Below are positions 29,402 to 39,578 of a DNA stretch of 64,000 bases, piece by piece. Every line of letters starts with the position of its first letter. The stretch's first letter is position 1. The translations under genes were made by a program, and so were the position numbers. The stretch comes from Acidobacteriota bacterium (GTDB taxonomy: Bacteria > Acidobacteriota > UBA6911 > JACQSX01): the NCBI GenBank assembly GCA_036507075.1, contig DASXQR010000048.1, forward strand, positions 13,697 to 77,696. Direction: 5' to 3'. The notes under the pieces are model-generated. The model was not told the DNA's origin and made no database searches. It saw nothing but the letters and a program-made list of their open reading frames with translations.

Positions 29402-30406
29402 ATGGAAAAAGTCGATGTTGCAATTGTCGGCGCCGGACCTGCGGGACTGGCGTGCGGCATCGAAGCAGAACGCAACGGGGCCAGCTACATGATCGTGGAA
29501 AAGGGCTGCCTGGTAAATTCGATCTTTCACTATCCCCGCGACATGGTGTTTTTTACCACGGCAGACCTGCTCGAAATCGGCGACGTTGCCTGGGTGTTTT
29601 CGCCTTCGGAAAAACCGCGACGTCATGATGGGCTGGACTACTACCGGCGGGTGGTCGACAGGTGGAATTTGAACATCCGCGACTACACACGCGTCTTGAG
29701 CGTTGACGGCCAAAAGGACCGCTTCCGCCTCATGCTGAAGCCGGAAGACCTCAATGGAAATTCAAGCGTGGAGATGATCGAAGCCAGGCGTGTGATTCTT
29801 GCCATCGGTTATTATGACAACCCGAATTACATTGGCATCCCAGGTGAAGACCTGCCGAAAGTTTCGCATTACTTTGACGAGGTTCACCCATTCTTTCGGA
29901 AAAAGGTCGCCGTCATCGGCGCCAAGAACTCGGCCGCACAGGCGGCTTTGCTGCTCTACCGCAGCGGGGCTGAAGTCACCTTGATTCATCGCGGAGCCGA
30001 GTTGAGCACTCAAATCAAATACTGGATCCTGCCCGACATCCAGAATCGGATTAAAAACAAGCAGGTACGAGCGCTGTTCAACACTGTCGTTACCCGCATT
30101 GAACCAAAGAGAATCTGGGTCAGGACGGGGGAGGAGGAGGAAGCGCTGGAGAATGATTATGTGTTTGCGTTGACCGGTTATCATCCGGACAACGATTTTA
30201 TGAGTCGCATCGGTGTGGCCATCGATCCGGAAACCTGCGCCCCCCAGCACGACCCGGAAACGCTGGAGACAAACGTCCCTGGCATTTATGTCGCGGGTGG
30301 AATGGTTTCCGGGAAATTCACCAACAAGATTTTCATTGAAAACGGCCGCTTCCACGGTACTCAGATCTTCGATTCCCCCGGCTTCAGGGACATCGGACGG
30401 CGCTAG
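29402..30406 (+). CDS. ypdA: YpdA-family putative bacillithiol disulfide reductase
   Basis: GAGPAGL, IVEKGCLVNSIFHYP..M.FFTT, KP.R..GL.YY, GYYDNPN, KYWILPD, IFIENGRFH. Confidence 0.88.
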   Translation: MEKVDVAIVGAGPAGLACGIEAERNGASYMIVEKGCLVNSIFHYPRDMVFFTTADLLEIGDVAWVFSPSEKPRRHDGLDYYRRVVDRWNLNIRDYTRVLSVDGQKDRFRLMLKPEDLNGNSSVEMIEARRVILAIGYYDNPNYIGIPGEDLPKVSHYFDEVHPFFRKKVAVIGAKNSAAQAALLLYRSGAEVTLIHRGAELSTQIKYWILPDIQNRIKNKQVRALFNTVVTRIEPKRIWVRTGEEEEALENDYVFALTGYHPDNDFMSRIGVAIDPETCAPQHDPETLETNVPGIYVAGGMVSGKFTNKIFIENGRFHGTQIFDSPGFRDIGRR

Positions 30407-30439
30407 CCTGGATTGGGCAAGATCGGTTTATGCGATTGG

Positions 30440-30635
30440 CACCACAAAGACACGGCGCAGCAGACCGCAACCGAGTAAAAGCCGTCGACGTCTAAGTGCA
30501 GGTGACACGTCAACGTCTACGTCTACGCTTACGTCACGCTTACGTCGGCGCTAAATAGTATGATTTTGATTGGCCGTCCTCGTGAACGTCGGCCGCGGAC
30601 GTTGACGTGTCACCTGCACGTAGACGTCGACGGCT
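30440..30635. repeat. Hexamer cassette with 38-bp inverted arms, preceded by the CACAAAGA...CCGCAACC motif
   Basis: 30480-30517 vs 30598-30635, one mismatch. Confidence 0.85.
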
Positions 30636-30665
30636 GTCTGCTTTCGTCGGTAGAATTCTACAGGC

Positions 30666-32318
30666 TCATTTCCTTTCATAAACGACCACCTGGAAAGGAG
30701 CTTCGTTTCCCTGGAAGAACCGGTCCCGCGGGTCCTTGCTGGTCTCGCAGTACCGGAGAATCCGAAATTGATTGGGCCGAAAGAAATCGGGAAAAATCCG
30801 GGCATCCCTGCCGAAAAAATGCGAGTCCCACAGAACAATCGTGCCGGGTGAAGTCATTGGAAGGCTGGTCTCCAGGTCGCGATAACCGTTGGCGACGTAA
30901 AAAGAGTCCAGACCCGACAGATCAAAGGGATCTCGCTGCACGGCAAGCCAGAACGAGGGATAAAGCACGATCACCGGCCTTGTTCTCAGGTCGCCCCGCG
31001 TAAACCACCCTCCGACATCTGCCCAGATCCAGTCTGTTGCGCGAAGGTTGTCGGGCTTTACCCAGCGAGCCAGACTCGCGAGAGACAAAAGCAGCAGAGT
31101 CACGCTGGCAAGCGTCCGTCCCAACTTCCAGCTCCATCGACTTTGCATCACCGCTATGCCTGAGACCATCCACGACGCAACCAGATGAAAGCGCGACACC
31201 GGCGAGCCGGGCATCAGATGCCATGCCGTCATACAGGCCGTTTGCAGCAAAATCACGACAATAAAAAATCCGTAGAGCGTTGGGCGCTTCCATGACAATC
31301 CAAAATACCGCTGCCCCATCTCAAAGAGGATCTCTTCACCCTGCGCCGCGATCACTCCCAGCAGCGGCGCAACCCCTGCAAAAAACCGCAGGTAGAAGGC
31401 CTCGTTCGAGTCGATGTAGCCGAGCATTCCACTGGCATAGACCCCAACCTGCAGCGCGACGTAGATCAAGGCGAGCGCGCAGATAAGCCGGTTGCGCCTT
31501 GACAACAGTCCGCTCAGCAGCCCAAGGGTTAATAGTGGCAGGACCGCCGGGCCCACAACTGTCGGCCAGTAAAGGAAGTAGTCGAACCAGCGGTGACCCC
31601 AGGATAGATTCCGCGTCGCTGCCCAGTAAGGGTTGTAGCTCCAAAGATAAAAGGGATCGCCGGTCACCGCCATTCCTGCGATGTTCCAAAGCAGCGGAAA
31701 AAACAGCAGAAACGGAGTGACGCGGAATTTCCGGCGCCAGACCAGCATAAGAAACCAAAATCCCAGGAATACAAACCCTTCAATTCTGGCCGCCGGCAAC
31801 AGAGAAATCACCAGGGCTGATGACAGAAACTTTCCACGCATGTAAAGCAGTGCCCCGCCCGCCAGCAGCAGACCGAAGAGGGGCTCGGTCAAAGTCCCAT
31901 AGGAAAGCTGAAGGAAGAGCGGCTGAACTGCCGTGAAGGCAGCCGCCAGCCAGGGACGACTTATCCCTGAGACGCGGGCAATTTCTGCCGCCATGTAACA
32001 GGCCAGCAATGAAACCAGGATGTTGAACCACCGCGCCGCACCCATTCCAAAATATGCCAGCGGCGATGACAGGATGGTGTAGGCAGGCCGTCCCCAGATG
32101 TCCGACAACAGATAAAAATGCGACCAGACGTAGCGCGCCTTCAGATAATGACTCACGTCATCTTCAGAGAACACACTTTGCGACTGTGACGCATAGAACG
32201 CCGACAAAATCAGAAATACGGCGAGCACCAAAGCGAGCGGAAGATTCCATGAATGCAAGACCGACTTTGTTTCCAAGGAAGGCTTCGGTACTGCAACTTG
32301 AACTGTTAGCCGGGACAT
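30666..32318 (-). CDS. Multi-pass membrane protein, putative GT-C glycosyltransferase
   Basis: EDDVSHYL.AR, WGRP, LTEPLF, R.EG; start MSRLTV inferred. Confidence 0.7.
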   Translation of the reverse strand: MSRLTVQVAVPKPSLETKSVLHSWNLPLALVLAVFLILSAFYASQSQSVFSEDDVSHYLKARYVWSHFYLLSDIWGRPAYTILSSPLAYFGMGAARWFNILVSLLACYMAAEIARVSGISRPWLAAAFTAVQPLFLQLSYGTLTEPLFGLLLAGGALLYMRGKFLSSALVISLLPAARIEGFVFLGFWFLMLVWRRKFRVTPFLLFFPLLWNIAGMAVTGDPFYLWSYNPYWAATRNLSWGHRWFDYFLYWPTVVGPAVLPLLTLGLLSGLLSRRNRLICALALIYVALQVGVYASGMLGYIDSNEAFYLRFFAGVAPLLGVIAAQGEEILFEMGQRYFGLSWKRPTLYGFFIVVILLQTACMTAWHLMPGSPVSRFHLVASWMVSGIAVMQSRWSWKLGRTLASVTLLLLSLASLARWVKPDNLRATDWIWADVGGWFTRGDLRTRPVIVLYPSFWLAVQRDPFDLSGLDSFYVANGYRDLETSLPMTSPGTIVLWDSHFFGRDARIFPDFFRPNQFRILRYCETSKDPRDRFFQGNEAPFQVVVYERK

Positions 32319-32575
32319 AGGCGGTCCTAATTTAACCTGCCGCGGTCTGTATTGAAAATCCCGGAACGGAGAATTTCCCAGCCGGGCGACGGCGCACCCG
32401 CCCGGCTTGCCGACTTGGTATTTCCAAGGAGAGCTGCATTGGATAGAATCGGCAACGTCTTCATTTCGGACTGAATCAACAAGGTGGTGCGAGTGATACG
32501 TTTCGCTGCGGCGAGGCTGTGATGATCTCCCTGTGTCCTCTGTGCCCCTGTGGTGGAACAAGTTCACCACAGGGG

Positions 32576-32725
32576 CTTAGCGCGGCGAAGCCGCAACCAA
32601 AAGTCAAGGAGAGACGGCCTGAGGGCCGTCTCTCTGCGGCGCCCTGCCAAGCTGAGACGGCCCTCAGGCCGTCTCTCCGCCCCGAATAATTTGCGCAGGC
32701 CGCGAAAATTCTCAGGGTTAGTAGT
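32576..32725. mobile_element. Non-autonomous MITE-like element carrying a REP doublet
   Basis: Flanked by ACAGGGG direct repeats (32569-32575, 32726-32732); second copy at 57541-57664. Confidence 0.7.
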
Positions 32726-32759
32726 ACAGGGGACACAGAGAGAGATTGCGGGGACGATT

Positions 32760-35700
32760 ATGAAAAGACAATTCGCTCAAATTTTTTGCGCAGCCGTACT
32801 GGCAGGCGCCGCGGGAATCGCTTCTGGTCAAAACGGGGTGGATCAATCCAGCGGCCCGATTGACGAAAAGATCCTGGGTAATCTGGAGTGGCGCAGCATC
32901 GGGCCGGCCAATATGGGAGGACGAACTTCAGACATTGAAGGCGTTCCCGGGAACCCGAACCTCGTCTTCGTGGCGACGGCATCCGGAGGGATATGGAAGA
33001 CCGTGAACGGCGGAGTCTCGTGGAAGCCGATCTTCGACCGGCAGAGCGTCCTTTCTTTCGGAGATATCGCGATTGATCCCAACAACCCCGATGTCATCTG
33101 GGCCGGGACAGGGGAAGCGGCCACGCGCAACAGCATCTCGTTCGGCAACGGGGTTTATAAATCGACCGACGGCGGATCGACCTGGCAGCACCTGGGTTTG
33201 AAAGATACCGAGCGAATTTCGCGCATTCTGATACATCCCGGCAACACAGAGACCGTTTATGTCGCTGCGGTGGGTCACGCTTTCGGACCGAATCCCGAAC
33301 GCGGGGTATTCAAGACAACAGACGGCGGAAAGACCTGGCAGAAGGTGTTATATATCGACGATCAGCATGGCGCGGCTGATCTGGACATTGATCCCTCCAA
33401 CCCCAACATTCTTTATGCCGCCATGTGGAGCTTCGAGCGCAAACCATGGACCTTCCGCAGCGGAAGCGAAAAAGGCGGCGTGTACCGGTCTATCGACGGA
33501 GGCCAAACCTGGCAGAAGCTCACCAAAGGATTACCCCAACTGATGGGACGCATCGGCGTCAAGGTTGCGCCCAGCAACTCCCAGGTGGTCTATGTAATCG
33601 CCGAGGCGAAGGATGGCACGCTTTATCGCTCGGATGACAGGGGTGACAATTTTCGCCGCGTTTCGAATGAAGCGCGCATCGTATCGCGTGGCTTTTACTA
33701 TACTCAGATTCGTGTGGACCCCTCCAACGAAGATCGCGTCTACGCGGTAGCATCAACCCTCTTTTTGTCGGTCGACGGCGGCAAGACTTTTCGCTCCATC
33801 AGCGCAAAAACACATATAGATTTTCACGCCTTCTGGATCGATTCGAAAAATCCGAACCGCATGTGGCAGGGCCAGGATGGGGGCATCGCGGTTTCCTATG
33901 ATCGGGGAGAACGCTGGGAGTATGTGAACAACTTCCCCATCGGCCAGTTCTATCACGTCCACGCCGACAACCGCGTTCCCTTCTATTACTTGATGGGCGG
34001 GCTGCAGGACAACGGCAGTTGGGCGGGTCCCAGCCGCACGCGCGAGCCGGCGGGAATTCTCAATGACGATTGGCGGATGGTCAGCTTCGGCGACGGCTTC
34101 GGAATGATCAACAAGTGGGACGAGCCGGACATCTATCTTTCCGAATCGCAGGGTGGAAGCATTGTGCGCACCGATTTTCGCACCAGAGAACAGCAATTGG
34201 TGCGGCCGTACGTGGGCGGCAGCGGCGGTCCGGCCTCAGACAGCAAGTACCGTTTTAACTGGGATGCGCCTCTGGTGGTTTCGCCTCATGACCGGGACAC
34301 GGTGTACCTGGGCGGGAACGTGCTGTTCAAATCCGTCGATTTTGGCAAAACATGGGAGAAGATCAGCCCTGACCTGACCACCAACAACCCGGAAAAGCAA
34401 AAAGAGGCAGGCGGGCCGATTGCGTTTGAAAACACCACGGCCGAATACCATTGCACGCTGATCAGCGTAGCCGAATCTCCGGCGCGGGCGGGGATGCTCT
34501 GGGCTGGGACAGACGACGGCAATCTCCAGCTCACCAGCGACGGAGGGAAAACATGGACCAATCTGATCGCCAACGTTACAGGTCTGAAAGCCGACTCTCC
34601 GGTGTCACATATTGAGCCTTCGCGCACCGGCGCCGGAGTGGCATACGCTGCGTTTGATCGCCACATGTTCGACGATTTCCGGCCTTACATTTTCAAGACC
34701 ACCGACGGCGGCCGCAGTTGGTCAAAAATCAGCGAATCCATACCGATGGGAGCTTACGTTCAGGTGGTGCGCGAGGACCCCCGGAATCCCCGCTTGATTT
34801 ACGCGGGGACGGAGCTCGGCCTGTTTGCATCCTATGACGGCGGAGGAAATTGGATTCGGCTCAATCTTAAGAATTTGCCCCCGGTCTCGATTCATGACAT
34901 CGTGGTGCACCCGCGCGAGAACGATCTGATTGTAGCCACCCATGGGCGCAGCCTTTGGATTTTCGACGATGCGTCGCCCCTCCAGCAGCTCGGCGCCGGC
35001 ATTCTGGCATCGGACGCATACCTTTTTGACATTCGACCGGCGCTGCGCTTTACCACTCGATTCACGCGTTACGGGATCGGAGACAAGGCCTTCACCGGCT
35101 CCAATCCGGCATACGGCGCGCTGATCACCTACTACCTGAAAGAGAAGGTGGACGACAAAACCACAGTGAAACTGCAGATTGTGGACGGCAGCGGAAAATC
35201 AGTGAGAGAAATAAAGGACATTCCCAGGGAGAAAGGTTTGAACCGCGCGTCCTGGGATCTGAAACTGCAGGCGGCCGAGCTGCGTCGGCCTCCCGCGGAA
35301 GAAGAGACCGCCTTCAGCGGCCCGCCGCGCGGGCCGCAGGCCCTTCCCGGCGTTTACACTGTCAGGCTGCTGGTGGGCGACAAGTCTCTGGAGAAGCGGC
35401 TGGAGGTGCGCCTGGACCCAAGCATCCAGGTCCCGGCGGCGGATCTGCAGATACAGTTCGATCATGCCTTGAAGCTGCGCGACATGCAGGCCGCGGCGAA
35501 TACCGCGCTGCGGGCGATCGACAGTATTCGCGATCAACTGCGGCAGATCGAGAAAACCATCAAAGACAGAGCGCCTGATGCCCCAAAAGAGTTGACCGAT
35601 GCAATTCCTGATGACTTGAAACAATTGGATGCTTTGGAATCGAAGCTGTCCAGCCCGCGCGAAGGTCTCGGCTATCGCGGACGCTCGCAACTGGCCGAAA

Positions 35701-35921
35701 AACTCAGCTCTCTTTTGCAGTCGATCGACGGCGTTAATGCTGCCCCTACACCTGCGCAAAGAGAGTTTTTCGGTGAGTTACAAGGGGAATTCAAAGAGAG
35801 AATGGCGGAAGTGAATAAGTTCATCTCGCAAACGATTCCGCAGTGGAATGAAGCCCTGAAGCGTCACAACGCGCCGATACTGATTCCGGGCAAGCCGGTG
35901 GAGATTTCCTCCAAAAATTGA
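32760..35921 (+). CDS. Secreted VPS10/sortilin-like BNR (Asp-box) beta-propeller protein (GH74-like fold)
   Basis: Signal peptide; WRSIGPANMGGR; repeated S.DGG.TW Asp-boxes; helical C-terminus. Confidence 0.85.
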   Translation: MKRQFAQIFCAAVLAGAAGIASGQNGVDQSSGPIDEKILGNLEWRSIGPANMGGRTSDIEGVPGNPNLVFVATASGGIWKTVNGGVSWKPIFDRQSVLSFGDIAIDPNNPDVIWAGTGEAATRNSISFGNGVYKSTDGGSTWQHLGLKDTERISRILIHPGNTETVYVAAVGHAFGPNPERGVFKTTDGGKTWQKVLYIDDQHGAADLDIDPSNPNILYAAMWSFERKPWTFRSGSEKGGVYRSIDGGQTWQKLTKGLPQLMGRIGVKVAPSNSQVVYVIAEAKDGTLYRSDDRGDNFRRVSNEARIVSRGFYYTQIRVDPSNEDRVYAVASTLFLSVDGGKTFRSISAKTHIDFHAFWIDSKNPNRMWQGQDGGIAVSYDRGERWEYVNNFPIGQFYHVHADNRVPFYYLMGGLQDNGSWAGPSRTREPAGILNDDWRMVSFGDGFGMINKWDEPDIYLSESQGGSIVRTDFRTREQQLVRPYVGGSGGPASDSKYRFNWDAPLVVSPHDRDTVYLGGNVLFKSVDFGKTWEKISPDLTTNNPEKQKEAGGPIAFENTTAEYHCTLISVAESPARAGMLWAGTDDGNLQLTSDGGKTWTNLIANVTGLKADSPVSHIEPSRTGAGVAYAAFDRHMFDDFRPYIFKTTDGGRSWSKISESIPMGAYVQVVREDPRNPRLIYAGTELGLFASYDGGGNWIRLNLKNLPPVSIHDIVVHPRENDLIVATHGRSLWIFDDASPLQQLGAGILASDAYLFDIRPALRFTTRFTRYGIGDKAFTGSNPAYGALITYYLKEKVDDKTTVKLQIVDGSGKSVREIKDIPREKGLNRASWDLKLQAAELRRPPAEEETAFSGPPRGPQALPGVYTVRLLVGDKSLEKRLEVRLDPSIQVPAADLQIQFDHALKLRDMQAAANTALRAIDSIRDQLRQIEKTIKDRAPDAPKELTDAIPDDLKQLDALESKLSSPREGLGYRGRSQLAEKLSSLLQSIDGVNAAPTPAQREFFGELQGEFKERMAEVNKFISQTIPQWNEALKRHNAPILIPGKPVEISSKN

Positions 35922-35999
35922 ACTAGCCGCCGATTTACACGAATTGACTCGGATAGAAATCGGCCGCTGATTTACGCGAATTAACACGGAGGAATATCG
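35922..35999. repeat. Half copy of the 37-bp-unit palindromic element
   Basis: actagccgccgatttacacgaattgac...aatatcgg matches 15711-15788. Confidence 0.8.
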
Positions 36000-37138
36000 G
36001 GACCGAAGAATCTCCGTGCGGTCTCCACCAGTATTGCCGCGCATTTCACAACCGAATCAAGATCCACCCATTCCACGGCTTCATGCGCCCCCGCCCCAGA
36101 AGGCCCGTAATTGACAGTCGGGATTCCGGCCGCCGAGAAGATCGCGGCATCCATCCAGTAGCCGACACCTGCGTCTTCCGGTGTTTCTCCTGTGACAGAT
36201 CGAACACCTTCTCGCAAACAAGACGCAATCCGGGAGTCTGAGGCGCATTTTAACGGAGGACGGTCCAGCAGGCATCGGATGTCCGCTTCTTCGCCCGCGT
36301 CGCGAACCACCGAAGCGAGCTCCTGTAAAACCATCGCTGTCGTTTCTCCCGGAAGAGTTCTGCGCTCCACTTGTACAGTGCATTGCTCGGAATAGGTCGA
36401 AAGCCCGCTGCCTCCGTGGATGAGAGCACAATGCTGCGAGGCAGGTCCTACCAGCGAGTCGGCACGGCGGCGAAGTTCTTCCTGATCAAAGCGCTCCAGC
36501 GCGGCGATGATGCGGCCCATTTTCCCGATCGCGCTCACCCCGAGATCCCAGCGGCTGCCATGGGCCGCTTTCCCTCTGGTGGTGATTTCAGCCCAGACAA
36601 AACCCTTGTGCCCCAGAATGAGCCGGCCCTCGCTCGGTTCGGTTACGATTGCGGCATCGGCTTTATGCCGCGCCACAAAATCACGCGCGCCTGCGCTGGC
36701 GTATTCTTCATCCGCCACCAGGGCAACCAGAACCGTTCCGTCCAGAGCCGTTTGACCGAGCGCCGCCGCTGCCGCCATCACCGCCGCTACGCTTCCTTTC
36801 ATGTCATAGCTTCCCCTGCCATAGACACGATTCCCTTCCACTCGAGGTTCAAACGGGGGGATCGACATTCCGCCGGTTGCGACCGTGTCCAGGTGCGCGC
36901 AAAAAACCAGCGCGGGCGAGCCATCGCCCACCTGGGCGACGGCATTGGGACGCGCGGGGGCCGCCTCCTCCAGCCAACTCTTGATGCCATGACTCGCGAA
37001 CCAGTCCTGTGCCAGCGCTGCAATTTTTCCTTCTCCGTACGCCTCTTCGGCTGCCAGGTCCGGGTTTACCGAAGGCGTACGGATCAACTGCTGCAGCAGC
37101 TCCAGGATAGAATCGCGGGATAGTGGGCCCTTTGTCAC
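35981..37138 (-). CDS. M20 family metallopeptidase/deacylase (ArgE/DapE-like)
   Basis: AHLDTV, GRGSYDMKG, ADEE, VTEP, GHKG, GKAAHGS, GAHEAVE. Confidence 0.9.
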   Translation of the reverse strand: MTKGPLSRDSILELLQQLIRTPSVNPDLAAEEAYGEGKIAALAQDWFASHGIKSWLEEAAPARPNAVAQVGDGSPALVFCAHLDTVATGGMSIPPFEPRVEGNRVYGRGSYDMKGSVAAVMAAAAALGQTALDGTVLVALVADEEYASAGARDFVARHKADAAIVTEPSEGRLILGHKGFVWAEITTRGKAAHGSRWDLGVSAIGKMGRIIAALERFDQEELRRRADSLVGPASQHCALIHGGSGLSTYSEQCTVQVERRTLPGETTAMVLQELASVVRDAGEEADIRCLLDRPPLKCASDSRIASCLREGVRSVTGETPEDAGVGYWMDAAIFSAAGIPTVNYGPSGAGAHEAVEWVDLDSVVKCAAILVETARRFFGPDIPPC

Positions 37139-37237
37139 AGCCGATTCCGTTTCGAGTTGAGCCGCGCCAGGCTGGCGCCTGGATTCCTTGATGCCGGCAT
37201 TTGTACGAAAAAGGGCTGCAGGATTGCTTCAGCGCTT

Positions 37238-37317
37238 TCACCGCAGAGCCGCAAAGGCCGCCAAGGCACGCAGAGCAACTCTGCGAACCTTTGCGATCTC
37301 TGTGCCTCTTCGGTGAA
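37238..37317. repeat. Inverted pair of 9-bp CGCAGAG/CGCAAAG arrays bounded by TTCACCGC...GGTGAA
   Basis: Same family at ~27180-27269, 39499-39578 and 43268-43362. Confidence 0.75.
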
Positions 37318-37352
37318 GCCTTCCCGATTCGAGTAGTTTCGCAGAAAACAAA

Positions 37353-39386
37353 TCATTGCGGACGCTGTTCCGAGGGGAAGTACTTCTGGTACCACTTCAC
37401 CGAACGGTCGATCGCATCGACGACGTGTCTGGGTTCGCGCAGGCCGTGGCCTTCCCGCGGGTAACGAACCATCACCGTGTCCACACCCACATCCTTCAGC
37501 GCGACATAAAACTGCTCGGCCTCCATAATGGGAACATCGTTATCATTTTCGCCGTGCAGCAGCAGCGTCGGCGTGCTCACTTTAGCCACGTGTTTCAGCG
37601 CCGAGCGCTCCCAAAGCACGTCCATCATGTTCCCCTGGTGCGGGAGAATTCCGAATTCCATTTGCTCGTACTGGTTGTAATAGGTTGTGTAGTTGTAGCT
37701 GACCAGATTGATGATCGCAGCCAGCGGAATCGCCGCCTTGAAAATTCGAGTCTGGGTGATCAGCCACGCGCTGAGCTGACCGCCGTAGCTGCCGCCTTCC
37801 ACTCCCAGCCGGTCCCGGTCGATCCACAAATTGCGGCGCATCGCGGCGCTCAGGCCGTAAAGCACGTCCTGCGCCTCGTTTCCGTTCTGGTCGCTAAAGA
37901 CCGCGTCGGTGAATTTCTGACCATAGCCGGTCGAACCCCGATAATTAACCATCAGTGTGGCCCATCCCAGCGCGGCATATACCTGGTTCTTGAAGTTGAA
38001 CGCAGGACCCTGCTGCCCGTGCGGGCCGCCATGGATCACCACGATCAGTGGATGTTTTGATTGGGTTGTCATAGCCAGAGGTCTGGTAAGAAAGGCCTCC
38101 ATTTCATACTTATTGTCATTGCTGATGAAGGTAAATGATTCTACCGGTGCAATGGAAACTCCCTGAAACGCTGTGGCATTCAGGTCGGTGACCTGCCGCG
38201 CGGGCGCTTCGTTCTTCTTAAGGTAGAGCTGCGCCAGATCCGTGGGACCGGCGAAAGCATACGCGATGCTGCCGTCCGGCCCGATCGACCATGCTCCAAC
38301 CGAGCCGCGGTCATCGATGACGACTTCAGGCTGTTCAGCGGAAACACCCATTCGGTACAAACGTACGTTCCCGCGCTGCTGCACGGTGAACAAAACGGAT
38401 TTCCCGTCGGCAGACCACTGAGGAGTTCCCTGGCGATTGTCGATGGCGGCGCCCAGCTCCCGGCGGTTGCTTCCGTCGGCGTCAATCAACCAGACGTGCG
38501 TGTCTTCCATGGTTGTTTCCAGGTCTGTAAGACCACGGCGTGTAGCCAGGTAAGCGATGGTTTTTCCGTCGGGGGACCAGCGCGCACGGTACTCGGCACT
38601 CTCGGTGGCCGTCAACCGTCGCATCGATCCATCCGCCACTTTCAACACCAGCAAGTCATAGTTGAAAAACTGATCTTCATTCGGCTCACGGTTCGAGATG
38701 AACGCGATTTCCTCTCCGGCGGGTGACCAGTCAACGGAATGCTCGTAGTGGTCGCCGCTGGTAAGCTGGCGGCTCCGACCGGAAGCCACGTCCATCAAAA
38801 AAATGTGCAGCCGGCGGTTATCATTAAATCGCGTCAGCCCTTCATCTGCGTCCGGCTTGTAGAGGTAGCGAGTGATTACAATCGGATCGCCAGTGGCCTC
38901 CGATGTTTCAGGACCGGGCGTCGACGAAACGTAAGCGATGCGTTTGCCGTCGGGCGCCCAGGCGATCGTTTTGCCGGTGGTGGGAAGCGGGCTGTTGGTC
39001 CCGCTCATTGGCGCGAGAAATCTCACCCCCGAGCCATCGGCGCGGACAATCATCAGGCCTGAATTACTTCCCTGGTGTCCGTCGAATGCAATCCACTGGT
39101 TGTCGGGTGACCACTCGGGATCGGAGCCGCTGTCCTTGTCGCCGCCCACGCGCACCGCTTCCCCGCCGTCGGCCTTCTGAATCCAAATCTGCGAATAGGG
39201 TCTTCCTGTCCTGTCGTTGTTGGAAACGACGTACGCAATCCGGCTTCCATCCGGCGACAATCGCACGTCGGTGACGGATCGAAGCCGGTACAGATCGCCG
39301 CTCTGTAAATTCCGCGCGTGCAGGGCGGACCAGCCCATTGCCGCCCATGGAATGGATAAGAACAGCATTAATTTGCGAAAGAACAT
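37353..39386 (-). CDS. S9 (prolyl oligopeptidase/acylaminoacyl peptidase) family serine peptidase with PD40 propeller
   Basis: WSPD repeats; IHGGPH, NYRGSTGYG, GGSYGG, HGEND, YPREGH. Confidence 0.92.
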   Translation of the reverse strand: MFFRKLMLFLSIPWAAMGWSALHARNLQSGDLYRLRSVTDVRLSPDGSRIAYVVSNNDRTGRPYSQIWIQKADGGEAVRVGGDKDSGSDPEWSPDNQWIAFDGHQGSNSGLMIVRADGSGVRFLAPMSGTNSPLPTTGKTIAWAPDGKRIAYVSSTPGPETSEATGDPIVITRYLYKPDADEGLTRFNDNRRLHIFLMDVASGRSRQLTSGDHYEHSVDWSPAGEEIAFISNREPNEDQFFNYDLLVLKVADGSMRRLTATESAEYRARWSPDGKTIAYLATRRGLTDLETTMEDTHVWLIDADGSNRRELGAAIDNRQGTPQWSADGKSVLFTVQQRGNVRLYRMGVSAEQPEVVIDDRGSVGAWSIGPDGSIAYAFAGPTDLAQLYLKKNEAPARQVTDLNATAFQGVSIAPVESFTFISNDNKYEMEAFLTRPLAMTTQSKHPLIVVIHGGPHGQQGPAFNFKNQVYAALGWATLMVNYRGSTGYGQKFTDAVFSDQNGNEAQDVLYGLSAAMRRNLWIDRDRLGVEGGSYGGQLSAWLITQTRIFKAAIPLAAIINLVSYNYTTYYNQYEQMEFGILPHQGNMMDVLWERSALKHVAKVSTPTLLLHGENDNDVPIMEAEQFYVALKDVGVDTVMVRYPREGHGLREPRHVVDAIDRSVKWYQKYFPSEQRPQ

Positions 39387-39578
39387 AGGTCTCCTCTTTT
39401 GATCTGGTAAGTTTACCGGCTAGCTGCCCCGGTGTTCCCAAAAATCGTTTTCAGGCGTCGGGCCCAAATCTAAGGGCGCCTTGACTCGGTAGGCTGCCTT
39501 CACCGCCGAGCCGCCGAGACCGCCGAGGCCGCGCAGAGTTTGCAGCCCAACCTCTGCGAAATCTCAGCGTGCTCTGCG

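Noticed and set aside
32550..32759. ORF-track N-terminal extensions (32550, 32570, 57653, 45938, 44355, 19029, 12312, 21723)
   Set aside because: The extensions run through repeats or neighbouring genes; downstream starts give normal N-termini or signal peptides.
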